Shown here in pieces: positions 10,801 through 21,046 of a DNA stretch of 64,000 bases. Source of the DNA: Sphaerodactylus townsendi (Eukaryota); the NCBI RefSeq assembly GCF_021028975.2, contig NC_059429.1, forward strand, positions 139,190,001 through 139,254,000, given 5' to 3'. Below the pieces are notes generated by a model that saw nothing but the letters and a program-made list of their open reading frames with translations, was not told the origin of the DNA and searched no databases. A program made the position numbers and the translations under genes. The number at the start of each line of letters is the position of its first letter. The first letter of the stretch is position 1.

Positions 10801-13800
10801 ACAAAGTCCACGCCTTGAGGGGGGGCACCGTCCCCTCGGTCCATCCCTTCCTTTGTCTTCCTTCTCCCACCCCTGCAGTGCTGCCCCACAAGAAGTTGTG
10901 CGGAAAGAGAGCCAGTATCTATGCATCAATGATGCATATGATGGGTATAGGTGGAAAAGGCTGTGCCTTTAAGATGCAGCATTGTGGGAAGTATAGTCCA
11001 GGGGCACCTGGGTAGCCTTCAGCACAGGATTGGCTAGTTACAGAACCTGCGTATTCCAGTTTATGATTCTTTGTGCAGAGAGCCTGATCGGGTGGAGAGA
11101 ACGGGCGTGGGGTCATTCTCTTGTCGTGATGGCCATCCGATGGAGATGAACCCCGTCTCTTTCTTTCGGTCTCAGCGTCACAGCTGAGCGCAGCAACATT
11201 AGGACACCTCCTTTCAGGCAGATCCACGGTTTATTGAGAAGCACAAACTACAAATCCTGCAATTTCACATTGACTCACCTCGTCTGCTGCTCTCAGACTC
11301 ATTTCTGCAAAGGTTTATTTGTTGCTCTACTTCTATTCTGTGAGGAAAGAGAATGACCCCCACGCCCGTTCTCTCCATCCGATCAGGCTCTCTGCACAAG
11401 GAGTCATAAACTGGAATACGCGGGTTCTGTAACTAACCAATCCTGTGCTAAAGGCTACCCACGTGCCCCTGGACTACACTTCCCACAATGCCACCTCTTA
11501 AAGGCAGAACCTCTTCCACCCATACCCATCATTAATGCATAAATGCTGGCTCTCTCCACTCCCCCCCTCCCCGTGGGGCAGCACGCCTGCCACGCCCACT
11601 CCGGGTGACTGACTTGTTCTTGGTTTTCCAGCACCGCATGCGGCCAGAGATCGCCCAGCTCCTCACACCGCACATCTACCAGGAGTTGGCGAACCACCCC
11701 TCGGTTCTCCAATACGACAGCATCAAGGTAGGTTTGCTCCTCCTGACGCCCGCCCATCCGCCCCAGTCGCGGGGCTGGCAGGTGTGGACCTCGGGCCAAG
11801 AGCGTCTTCGCTGTGTGTGTGTGTTGGGGGGGGGGTGTGTGCCCTTTGGGTGGCTGCTGGACAGGCCGCTCTGACCGTCCCCCTCCCTCCCTCCTTCGCA
11901 GGGCGTTTCGTCCAACCTCTTCTTTGTGGAGCATGACTTCCCGGAGCAGCAGATCCAGGAGGGGCGGAGCCACCAGAACCCACACGAGGCCCACTTCGTG
12001 GTGGGGCTGTGCAAATACCTGCTGTGCCAGGATTACCTGCCCTCCCAGATCACCATCCTCACCACCTACACGGGCCAGCTGTTCTGCCTGCGCAAGCTCC
12101 TGCCAGCCAAGACCTTCCAGGGCGTCAAAGTCCACGTGGTGGACAAGTACCAGGGGGAAGAAAACGACATCATCCTCCTCTCCCTGGTGCGGAGCAACCC
12201 AGAAGGGCGGGTGGGCTTCCTGCAGATCCCGAACCGTGTCTGCGTGGCCCTTTCCCGGGCCAAGAAGGGCCTCTACTGCATCGGGAACATGGGCATGCTG
12301 AGCAAAGTCCCGCTCTGGAGCAAGATCATGCAGATGCTGCGCCAAACGGGCCACATCGGCCGCTCGCTCCTGCTCTGCTGCCAGAACCACCTGGACACCC
12401 GGACTGCCGTGGCCTGTGCTGCGGATTTCAGTAAGGTTCCAGAGGGAGGCTGCAGTCGCCCCTGCGAGTATCGGCTGGGCTGCGGCCACGTCTGCCCCCA
12501 CGCCTGCCACCCTTACGACCCCCAGCACAAGGAGGTGCAGTGCGTGAAGGTTTGCCAGAAAGTGCTCTGCGCAGAAGGGCACCGCTGCTCCAAGCTGTGC
12601 TGCCAGCCGTGTGGGGAGTGCCTTGTCTTGCTGCCCAAAGCTGTGCCCAGGTGTGGCCACCTGCAGAAGGTGCCCTGCTCAACTCCAGCAGAGGAGTTCT
12701 GCTGCCAGGAGCCGTGCGTGAAAGCCCTCCGCTGCGGGCACAGCTGCAGGGCGACCTGTGGCCAGGAGTGCACCAGGCACTGCCGGGAAATGGTCGCGGT
12801 CACCCTGCAGTGTGGGCACAGCCAGAAGGTGCAGTGTGGCACTGTTGCTGACGTGGAGAGCGGGAAGCCTGTGGCATGCCGAGCTAAATGCCTGAGCGTG
12901 CTGGAATGCGGCCACGCGTGCCCGGGCTCTTGCCACTCCTGCTCCAATGGCCGTTTTCACACACAATGCAGAAAGCCCTGCGAACGCCTCCTGATCTGCT
13001 CCCATACGTGCCGAGAGCCGTGCACCAACGAGTGCCCCCCCTGCCAGCAGCCCTGCGAGAACCGCTGCGGCCACAGCTTCTGCCCCAAGAAATGTGGGGA
13101 GCCGTGCCCCCCCTGCACAGAGCCCTGCGCCTGGCGCTGCCAGCACCACCTGGCGTACCTGCACCAAGCTGCTCAGGAGCCGTGCGACCCAGGCCCCGCT
13201 TTCGCGACGTGCACGTTTGTCCGGAAGCAGCTGCGTTCTGCGCGTCCAGCGCTGCAGGCGCAGGGATGTGTGGGGAGCCGTGTCCGTCCAAGTGCCTCGT
13301 GTGCGACCACGAAGAACTCACCCAGATCTTCTTCGGCTTTGAGGACGAGCCCGAGGCTCGCTTTGTGCAGTTGGAGGACTGCGGCCACGTCTTCGAGGTG
13401 GGGGGCCTGGACCACTACATGGACGAGGGGGACGGTGCCGCTGCCATCCGGCTGAAGGTGTGCCCCCTCTGCCAGACCCCCATCCGGAAGAACCTGCGCT
13501 ACGGCCCCATGGTGAGGCGGAGCCTGCAGGAGATCGAGCAGGTGAAGGAGCGGCTTTGGGGCTCCCCCACCGCGATTGCTGCCGGCCGGGCCAGGCTGAG
13601 GGCTGCGCTGGAGGCGAACGCCGGGGCTCTGGAGCGGTTCCTGCCAGAGCAGCACGAGCAGCTGGTGGAGAAGCTGCAGCAGCCGGGTCTCTGCAGCCGC
13701 AGCCTGGCTTCCCTGGAGAACCAGATCAACTTCTTCATGCGGCTGGCTGAGCTGCACGACTCCGTGGCAGAGCTGGATCCCAGCGAGCAGGAAGGCGCCC

Positions 13801-14366
13801 GGAGGCGGCTGGCGGAAGTGGCCCAGTGGCTGGAGTGGCCGCGCCTCGCTTTCAGCCCGCAGGAGCTGTCGGACCTGCAGGCCGAGTTCCAGCGCCTGGC
13901 CCTTCTCCTGGACCTGCTGGCCCACTGCAGGGCCGCCAAGGGAGAGATGGGCGTGCCCACGGCACGGCTGGTCGGCAGGGTCCGGGGGGTCCTGGAGAAG
14001 GCGGGCAGCTTCACCCCGGAAGACGAGAGGCTGGTGAAGGAGAAGATGGCAGCGGTGAAGGCTGCGCTGCCCAGGTCGGGCCTGGCCCTCTCCGAGGCCG
14101 AGCGGGTGCAGATTGTCGCGGCCATGGGCCTTCGCCAGGGGCACTGGTTCAAGTGCCGGAACGGGCACGTCTACGCGATAGGCGAATGCGGGGGAGCCAC
14201 GGTGGAGAGTCGCTGCCCAGCATGCCACGAAGTCATTGGAGGGACTCAGCACAGGCTGGATCCCAGCAACCAGCTGGCCCCCGAGATGGACGGGGCCACC
14301 CACGCGGCGTGGTCCGAGGCGGCCAACCTCCTGCAGGCTGCGCTCTTGCGGGACGAGCTGCCCTAG
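1878..14366 (+). CDS. ZNFX1: NFX1-type zinc finger-containing protein 1 (SF1 UPF1-like RNA helicase, NF-X1 zinc fingers, RZ finger), about 1890 aa
   Basis: GT-AG exons with consistent phases: 1878-1923 (gccATGG), 2981-4735, 5054-5173, 5356-5498, 7839-7976, 8337-8445, 8715-8974, 9127-9266, 9347-9501, 9599-9744, 9828-9938, 11632-11727, 11902-14366. Motifs: GPPGT/GKT (Walker A split by an intron), [55 protein letters not shown], Cys-rich NF-X1 repeats, [11 protein letters not shown] finger [19 protein letters not shown]. The last exon has a frameshifting indel cluster at ~13145-13265. Confidence 0.93.
2740..2752 (+). promoter_or_regulatory. ISRE-like element in ZNFX1 intron 1
   Basis: GGAAACCGAAAGT closely resembles the ISG15-type ISRE (GGAAACCGAAACT). 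A GGAAGTGAAA Ets-IRF composite-like motif lies nearby at 2641-2650. Confidence 0.5.
5588..7443. mobile_element. Non-autonomous hAT-type DNA transposon (~1.86 kb) in ZNFX1 intron 4
   Basis: Imperfect TIRs CAGGGGCGTACC...GGAACGCCACTG; 8-bp TSD GCGTTCGT (5580-5587) / GCGTTCAT (7444-7451). Contains an internal inverted duplication (~6020-6220 vs ~6395-6600). No transposase ORF. Confidence 0.75.
10209..10721. mobile_element. hAT (Charlie-type) MITE in ZNFX1 intron 11
   Basis: Perfect 16-bp TIRs CAGTGATGGCGAACCT / AGGTTCGCCATCACTG; perfect 8-bp TSD TAATAGAG (10201-10208, 10722-10729). Confidence 0.9.
10907..11554. repeat. Long inverted repeat (arms 10907-11122 and 11347-11554, spacer ~224 bp) in ZNFX1 intron 11; probable foldback or long-TIR element
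   Basis: The arms are reverse complements along their whole length with scattered mismatches, e.g. GTGCAGAGAGCCTGATCGG..GAGAGAACGGGCGTGGGG vs CCCCACGCCCGTTCTCTCC..CCGATCAGGCTCTCTGCAC. No clear TSD. Confidence 0.85.
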
Positions 14367-15524
14367 GAAGACCCCAGTGTTGCCACCCCCACTCTCCTTT
14401 CCTGCTTGGGGGCCAAAGACTCTTAGTTCTCTCCTCACATGTGGATCCTACTGAAGGCGGACCTCCATCCTGGCAGTGCTAGCTCTTTTCTGGGCAAGAG
14501 GGAACAGGTGTGTGGAGTGCTGTTCCTCTTGACGTGGGGGGGGGGGGCAGGGAACTCCCTCCCCACAGCCCTGCCTGGCCTGCTAGCCAGTAAGTGCGTC
14601 TCACAGAGCACAGCCCACACTCTGGGGTGTTGCCTCCCCCTGGGAAATGCGGGCCTTGCGGCCTAGCCAAATTGCAGCCATCCGAGGTGAACCGTCCTTA
14701 TGGGACAGCCATTGGCAGAGTGCTCGCTGAAGCTGATACGCTGAACTAAAAGATAAATGTTTAGAGGGGGGCTGCATTTCAGACAGCAAAGGGGGGGCGG
14801 GGCGGGTGAGGCAAGGAAGGAGCGGCCAACGTCCCAGGAGGAGGCAGTTAGACCTGACAGCAGCAGCCTGAGGCCAGAGAAGAGGTGACCCCAGGAGGCA
14901 GAGGGGCGGCTCCCCTTGCAGCCCTCCCCACCAGACCCACTGGCCTCCCCCTTGGGGGGGGGAGGGAGGGAGGGAGCACACTTCCAGCACCAACTGGGGG
15001 CTCCACAGCAGAATTCACTCGGTCGGCTGCTGCATCCACACTGGGAGACTTGATGGCCTGCATGAGACACCCCCCCCCCCCCCGCGCAGGTGCGCTGCAT
15101 CCTGGGCAACCCTGTCAAATAGCACCGTGTTTGGGTACCTGTTCTGAGGGGAGGCAGACAGGCCAGCAACAACACAGAGGAGGTGTTGGGGGGGAGGGTC
15201 CCAGAGACATCTGGGGCAGCGGCCCATCTCATCACAAGGTGTGACCAGCAGTCAGAACCAGACCCACACCAGGAGCGCCCCACGGCTCAAGATCCATCAT
15301 GGCCCAACTCTCCAACGCCTGGGGAGGAGACCACCACTCGGTGGGTTTAGCACCCTTGGCGGAGTCTCAGAAGAAGGGGGGTGTTCCACGGTGGGGGTTG
15401 TGGCCTCGTGGCCATTCCCTTATTGTGGTGGTATAAAGTGCAGCCAAGTTGCAGCCACGGTCTCTGTCAGGGGCGTGCCCGGGGGACTGAAGGGCATTCC
15501 TGCCACGCAACATATGCAATAGCA

Positions 15525-16060
15525 AGCCTTTATTAAAAAGCATATACAATACAGGACATACATGTTAGGTCGAAGGAAATCTACTGGCGTTTAGTAATTT
15601 CCAGGAGAAAGTCTGCCACTATCCTACAGAGAGAAGGATCAGGATTGTCCAACAAGTCGTGTAATCTAAATAAAGCAGGGAGATCGGGTAAATGTAAAGG
15701 AGTGAGATTCACATACTTGGATCTGATTCCCTTGAATCTGAGATAGTGTAGTAATTGGTGGGCCAGAGATTCAACTGAGCCATCGTTACACGGGCACAAT
15801 CTTTTAGCCTTTTCTTGCTTATTAAATCTGCCATGTAACAAGGCAGAAGGCATAACATTAAACCCCCGCAACATATGGCATCTAGTGGATTGAGATGCAT
15901 TCCCACGTCAATGTAACTTTGGAAAGAGGTGTGTACTTGGCCTGCTTTCTGTTGCCATAATCGCTGGGGCATTCTTTTCTTGATCTGTTACTTTTATGGC
16001 TTCACACGTATAGTAGCTAACTAGGCTAACCCCTGACCCGTTCAACTCCCACGGGAAGCA
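15525..16060 (-). mobile_element. Degraded 3' end of a non-LTR retrotransposon (ORF2 C-terminal zinc-knuckle region)
   Basis: Minus-strand ORF 15581-15874 reads RFNKQEKAKRLCPCNDGSVESLAHQLL..., a decayed CCHC knuckle typical of RTE-X/Tx1-like LINE ORF2 ends. It is followed by a stop and AATAAA (~15529-15534 on the minus strand). AT-rich relative to the flanks. Confidence 0.6.
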
Positions 16061-16779
16061 GGATGTTTCCGATACTCCGTAGGGGGAAGGCAGCCAGGTG
16101 GCTTTCTCTGTCTCTGTCGCCAACCTTGGGGCACCTCTTGGGCCCCGTAATAACTTTTTCTCACGGTTCTTGGGGAAATGGGAGGGGGGATTGTTCCTGG
16201 ATAAACGGGGCAGCAGAAGCCAGGTTTGACAGAGCTGGCTTTTCCAAGCCAGGTGCCACGTTGCCTTACAATAAAGACTATTGATCATCGATCCAGAGTC
16301 AGCCTGTTGGTGTCAGGTTCGGGATCTAACAGTGTCTCAAGGGGTTCCCAAGGCCAGAGGCATTCAGAAGAACCTAAGAAAGAAGATTCGGAGGCCGTGT
16401 TGTTGCACCGTGGATCTCCCAAACAGACAGACTCCAATAGAATTGAAACTGGTTTATTGATTGGAGTTCATGTTACACCAAAGATCAGCTGCCCAGAAGG
16501 AAGATTGCTGTGCTCCCCCCCCCCCCATTGCTGGAAGGTGCACTGGGCAATCTCCCTCCCCTTCCCCAAGCTTCATCCTCCCCCCCCCAGGGTGGCGCCT
16601 CTCCCCCCCCCCCGGGAGCCCCCAGCCTGCCTGGGAAAGGGGGGGGTCAATAAGCCCATGGGTTCCTACACAGCCACGCTCCAGCACAAGTTTTTAGTAC
16701 CAGCTGCCACCAGCAGGAAAAGGTCAGGATGCTGCGGACTCCCACCTGCGGGGGGGGGGGGGGGGGGCGCAAGGCAGAG

Positions 16780-18330
16780 AAGCCCAGCAGGGGCGGGTCT
16801 TGGCGGGCGGCTTGCCTTTCCCAGCCTGCCTCTGTGCGGGGATTTGGCTTCAGATCTGGCGCGATGCGCTCCCCTGCTGGGCCGGCTGCTGACTTCGGCG
16901 GGCCTCTTTGCTTACCTGCTAATAGAATCCCGTCTCCGGTACCGCGGGGGGGGGGGGGGAGCTCTTGGCTTCTCAGATCTGGCGTGATGCGCTCCCCCTG
17001 CTGGGCCGGTTGCTGCCCGGCGGGGCCTTTGCTTACCTGCTAATAGAATCCTGTCCCGGTACCGGGCAGGTGCGGTGGTGGGCGGAGTCCTTTTACCTGC
17101 TGCGCCCGTCCCTCGCTTGAAGCAGCCACTGAGGGGCATCCCTCGGCCCAGCCGCTGCCGTCCTACCTGCTGCGCCCGTCCCTCGCTTGAAGCAGCCACT
17201 GAGGGGCATCCCTCGGCCCAGCCGCTGCCCGGGGGGGGGGGGGGGCGGTGTCCCGTGGCCCTGCTGCTGCATCGCCCGGGGGCTGCCCGGGACACCCTCC
17301 CTTCCCCTCTACCCGGGAGACGGAGCCTGGGAAGGGGTCCGGGGCGCCCTGACGAGCCGCTCGGAGCCGCCACACAGCCCCTCGAGGGAGGGCCACCGTC
17401 ACTTCTCTCCCTTCCTCCCTCCCGGTGCAGCTGCCCGCGGGGGGAAGCGCTGACGCCCCCTCTCCTCCGATGCCCCGCTGTTTTCGGGGGAGGGGGCCTC
17501 CATTCCCCCCCCCCCGGCCGTGCAGAGCCGGGGCGGGGGCCTCCCCGGACGCTCCTGGGCAGCTGGGCCGCCGTCTGAGGTCGGGCTCCTCCCGGGCTCG
17601 CTCTCCGCCGCCGCCCCGCCCCCCGCAGTCCACGTGCCCTGCTGCTGCTGCAGGCCGGCGGCGGCGGAAGCGCGGGGGAGGCGGCGGCGGCGCGGGTGGC
17701 TGGGAGCGGGGCCGCTGTCGGGGGGGCGGGGCTGCGGGGAGGCCTCCGTGTTTGCTGCCGGCGGTGGGTGGGTGGGTGAGCGGGGCCTGCTTGGCCGTCC
17801 TTCGGGGCGCTGGAGCGGCTGAGCGGGGCGGCGCGGACGAGCGCGGGGCTGGCCGGGCTGCCCGAGGCGGAAGGTGAGCGAAGGGACGGGACGGGACCGG
17901 CGCCTCCGCCGCCCTCCGCCTGCCTGGTCCCGCCGCAGCCCGTCTGCCTGGGCTCGACACCCGCCGGGGGGGGGGGGGGCTGCGGGGCGGGGGCGCGACT
18001 GACGGGCGCCTCTTTTGTGCCCGCGCAGGTGAGGCGGCCGCGGCTCTGGCCGGCTGGCTGGGCGCCGTCAAGGATGCGCTGGACGAGCTGCAGCAGGTGA
18101 GGGCGGGGCGGGGCGGGGCGGGGGGCTGCCCCACGCCCTTCACTGCAGCCGGGGAATGCTGTCCAGAGGGGGCCCACCCGGCACACTTCTTGGGGGGGGG
18201 GGCTCGGAGCCACAGCCAGGCCCTCGGCTCCGTGCCCTCCTGGGGAGGCGGGCGGGGGGGGGGTCCCTCTTCTTCCGGCCTCTTTTCCAGCATGGCGGGC
18301 TGTTCTCTGGGCGCGAGGGGAGCTCAGGGC
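16780..18330. promoter_or_regulatory. CpG island at the 5' end of CCNDBP1
   Basis: High GC and CpG density directly upstream of and overlapping the first recognisable CCNDBP1 exons. Confidence 0.6.
16846..17229. repeat. Two adjacent tandem duplications (~120-bp unit x2; 70-bp period x2)
   Basis: The CAGATCTGGCG..CTTACCTGCTAATAGAATCC..CGGTACCG unit occurs at ~16846-16950 and ~16965-17066. TACCTGCTGCGCCCGTCCCTCGCTTGAAGCAGCCACTGAGGGGCATCCCTCGGCCCAGCCGCTGCC occurs at 17094-17159 and 17164-17229. Confidence 0.8.
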
Positions 18331-21046
18331 GGAGGCAGAAGCGCTCCCCTCTCTCTCAAGCGCTGACCCTGAATTTCCTGGGCTCTCCCGTCTTCCCCCG
18401 CCCTGCCAAACAGATGAGCAACAGTTCTTTGCAAACGCATTTATTTTGAAAAGTACAGCCCCTTTAGGGGGAGTGTTATCAGTGGTGAGATTCAAATAAT
18501 TTAAAAAACTGGTTGTTTACAAGCACCATTTTAACAACCAGTTCGGCTGAAGTGGTGCAGACCGCCTGGATCCCACCACTGATGCATTATACAGCCAAGC
18601 ATCAAAGAATTACAAAAATGATTTGGATGCAGAGAATATTGGTGGATGCTTCCGTGTCACCCAAAACGTGGTGCGCTACCTGTGTGGTTTGCCACCGCTG
18701 TCCTAAAGTCCCTGGGCCAGACCACGGATCCCTGTTTACAGCCGACTTGCTCTGCACACACTTTCCCAGGCGCTGGCAGGAAGCAGAGATCCCCGCTGGG
18801 ACGTCCTGGAGGAGGAAGAGGCGGCTTCCAGGGGGAACAGTGATGTCCGCTGGTCGGAGGTCGACCGTCAGCTGCTGGGCCCCTGCCTGGGGCTGGTGAA
18901 GGCGGCCAAAGCGTGCCTGAAGAAGTTGTTGGGGGCTGTGAAAGGCTGGGGCGCAGCGGACTCTGCAGAGCAGGTGGCTCAGCTGGAAGACCTCAAGGAT
19001 GCCGCAAGTGGCATCAGCCCCAGGTGAGGAGGCTGGGCAAGCGCTGAGGAAAAGCCTTTGTGGTGCTGCCTGGGCGTGGGGAGCCGGGGTGGGGTCCACG
19101 TGGGCTGGTGGGGGCGGTCAGGTGCTCTTGGGCATCAGTCGCGCTGTGCCTGTTCCGTCCTCCCCCCGAGGAGCAGGTGTGTTTGGGGAAAGGAGCGGGT
19201 TCTTGTCCTTGCGCCCCGGATCAGGCTGCCGGGCAGCGTCAGGGCTGTGTGTGCGTGCAAGAGCCGGGAAGGTGCGTTTTCCCTGGTGAGCACCTCGACT
19301 TTTTCCTGATTTCTCTCTCTTTTTCGTGTTCCGCAGCGTGGATGAGTTGGTGCTCAGCACGTACCCACCGGTGAACCAGCTAACTCTGCGGCTGAACGTG
19401 AGTAACTGGCGGGGCAGGGAGATCCCATTTTGCCTTCAATCCGGGGGCCTGCGAGGGGTCTGGGCAGCATTACTTGCACCCTTGTTAGGTGCCCTGGGGC
19501 CCCAGACCCCATGCTGGAGAGTCCTGCCCCACAGACAGAGTGCGGAAGGGTCTTGCTTGTCCGTGCTTGAGTGGATCTGAGCCCTTGTGATGGGGCCAGT
19601 GGTGGTGGGACAGAGAGCCGCTGCAGGGGGCTCTGTGGGTGGCGCCGGCTCTCCACCCCTTCCTCTGTAGTCCCCACGTGCTGCTCCTCTACGGGCGGGG
19701 CCTTCAGGAACAGAGCAGCTCAGGAAGAAAATTGGGGACGCTCCTTTGGGTCGGAGCCGTCGTTTCTCTTCAGAGCGCACAAATCTTCCTTCACATCTGT
19801 TGCTTCATTTCCTCTAGGCTGCCAAGCTGGCTGCGGTGCTAAAGGAGACGCTGGAGATTGCCCGGTGAGAGCGCTGGGCTTCTCGGGGGGAGGGGGGGGT
19901 TTCCATAGCAGTTCCGGTGCCTTTGGGCCGGAGCAAAGCCTGTCCATTGGCCTGCGGCTGGGGGCACTCCCTGCCTGTTGCTGTGATGGATCAGGGCGAA
20001 GTAGGCTGACTGTTGCTGCCTGCTCTTGCCGGGGCCCCAAACACCACAGTTCCGTCACAGGCTGAGTTCAGGTCTATTTCCTTTTGTCTGCCCCGCACAT
20101 ATTGCGCTTAAACGTCCTTGGGTGTTCCTGATTCCCAAAGGGGAAGGGAGAGAGTAAAACATCCTTTGTCCAACTGGTTGTGGTGGGCTTTCTGGGGGGC
20201 TGTGTGGCCGTGGTCTGGTGGATCTTGTTCCTAACGTTTCGCCTGCATCTGTGGCTGGCATCTTCAGAGGTGTATCTCAGAGGGAAGTCTGTTACACACT
20301 GTGTCCAGAGACAGACTTCCCTCTGTGATACACTTCTGAAGATTCCGGCCACAGATGCTGGAGAAACGTTAGGAACAAGATCCACCAGACCACGGCCACA
20401 CAGCCCCCCGGAAAACCCATCAGAACCAGTTGAATCCAGCCATGAAAGCCTTGACAGTACATACTTTGTCCACCCTGAAACAACTCCCAACGTCCAGTTT
20501 GAGCTTCCTACTGGTCCCCCGTGCTGAGTGGATGTTTTTGCCTGCCAGGATCTAATGCAGTGGTTCTCAGCCTTCCTAATGCTGCAACCCTTTAATACAG
20601 TTCCTCTTGTTATGGTGACCCCCAACCCTAACATTCGTCCATTTTACAGATGGAGAACACTGATGCAGAGTCTTAGGCGACCCCTGTGAAAGGGTCGTTC
20701 GACCCCCAAAGGGCTCCCGACCCCCAGGTTGAGAACCACTGATCTAATGGATGGCTCCCGGGGTAAATTGCCTCCCCCCCATGTCCCTCTGGCAGATATG
20801 CCATTGGGGGGTGGGGAAATTGGAGCCAGAAGCTGCAGGGAACTCTTGTGGGTGGCGCGAGGGGGTGGAGACCTCTTGTGGCTGGGAATGATTCGCTCAC
20901 CTGTTCCTGACGCCCTTCTCTCCCCCCCCGTCCCCAGGGCCAGCTGTGTTTGCGCTCCCTCCGAAGAGAGCTGGGTGCAGTTCCTCGCTGGGGCCGTTGA
21001 CCACAACATGGAGAAGATCAAGGGCTTCACCCAAGGGGTGCTTTGA
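18029..21046 (+). CDS. CCNDBP1: Cyclin D1-binding protein 1 (GCIP), C-terminal five exons; 5' exons unresolved
   Basis: Exons 18029-18096 (AVKDALDELQQ), 18770-19023 (WSEVDRQLLGPCLGLVKAAKACLKK..QVAQLEDL..ISP), 19337-19397 (SVDELVLSTYPPVNQLTLRLN), 19818-19864 (AAKLAAVLKETLEIAR) and 20938-21046 (ESWVQFLAGAVDHNMEKIKGFTQGVL*) align with the human CCNDBP1 C-terminal half. A candidate upstream exon ends at 17873. Confidence 0.88.
18480..18581. mobile_element. Short hAT-type MITE
   Basis: TIRs CAGTGGTGAGATTCA / TGGATCCCACCACTG. Same family as 50309-50410. Confidence 0.7.
20230..20270 (-). ncRNA. Minimal type-I hammerhead ribozyme motif (Penelope-associated)
   Basis: Minus strand reads CCT-CTGAAGA-T-GCCAGC-CACAGAT-GCAGGC-GAAAC-GTT-AGG: CUGANGA and GAAA cores, stem I CCU/AGG, stem II GCC/GGC and a palindromic ACGU stem III. 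Confidence 0.65.
20333..20373 (+). ncRNA. Minimal hammerhead ribozyme motif with covaried stem II
   Basis: CTT-CTGAAGA-T-TCCGGC-CACAGAT-GCTGGA-GAAAC-GTT-AGG; stem II UCCGGC/GCUGGA is fully paired. Confidence 0.6.
20558..20741. mobile_element. SPIN/URR1-type non-autonomous hAT MITE in the last CCNDBP1 intron
   Basis: TIRs CAGTGGTTCTCAGCCT / AGGTTGAGAACCACTG, characteristic subterminal CCTTTAATACAGTTCCTC..GGTGACCCCCAACC, and 8-bp TSD ATCTAATG (20550-20557, 20742-20749). Confidence 0.85.

Larger units (their letters stand above)
20171..20456. mobile_element. Penelope-like element terminal repeats as an inverted pair
   Basis: GGCCGTGGTCTGGTGGATCTTGTTCCTAACGTTTCGCCTGCATCTGTGGCTGGCATCTTCAGAGG and its reverse complement flank a short spacer. 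Related copies are at 1-260, 28056-28347, 28824-28995, 47487-47612 and 60930-61125. Confidence 0.7.

Noticed and set aside
16060-16480. Possible solo LTR (AATAAA and TGTCA motifs)
   Set aside because: Could not define TG..CA boundaries, a TSD or a primer-binding site, so not called as a feature.
16912-18495. 527-aa minus-strand ORF
   Set aside because: Low-complexity CpG-island translation with no domain; antisense to CCNDBP1.
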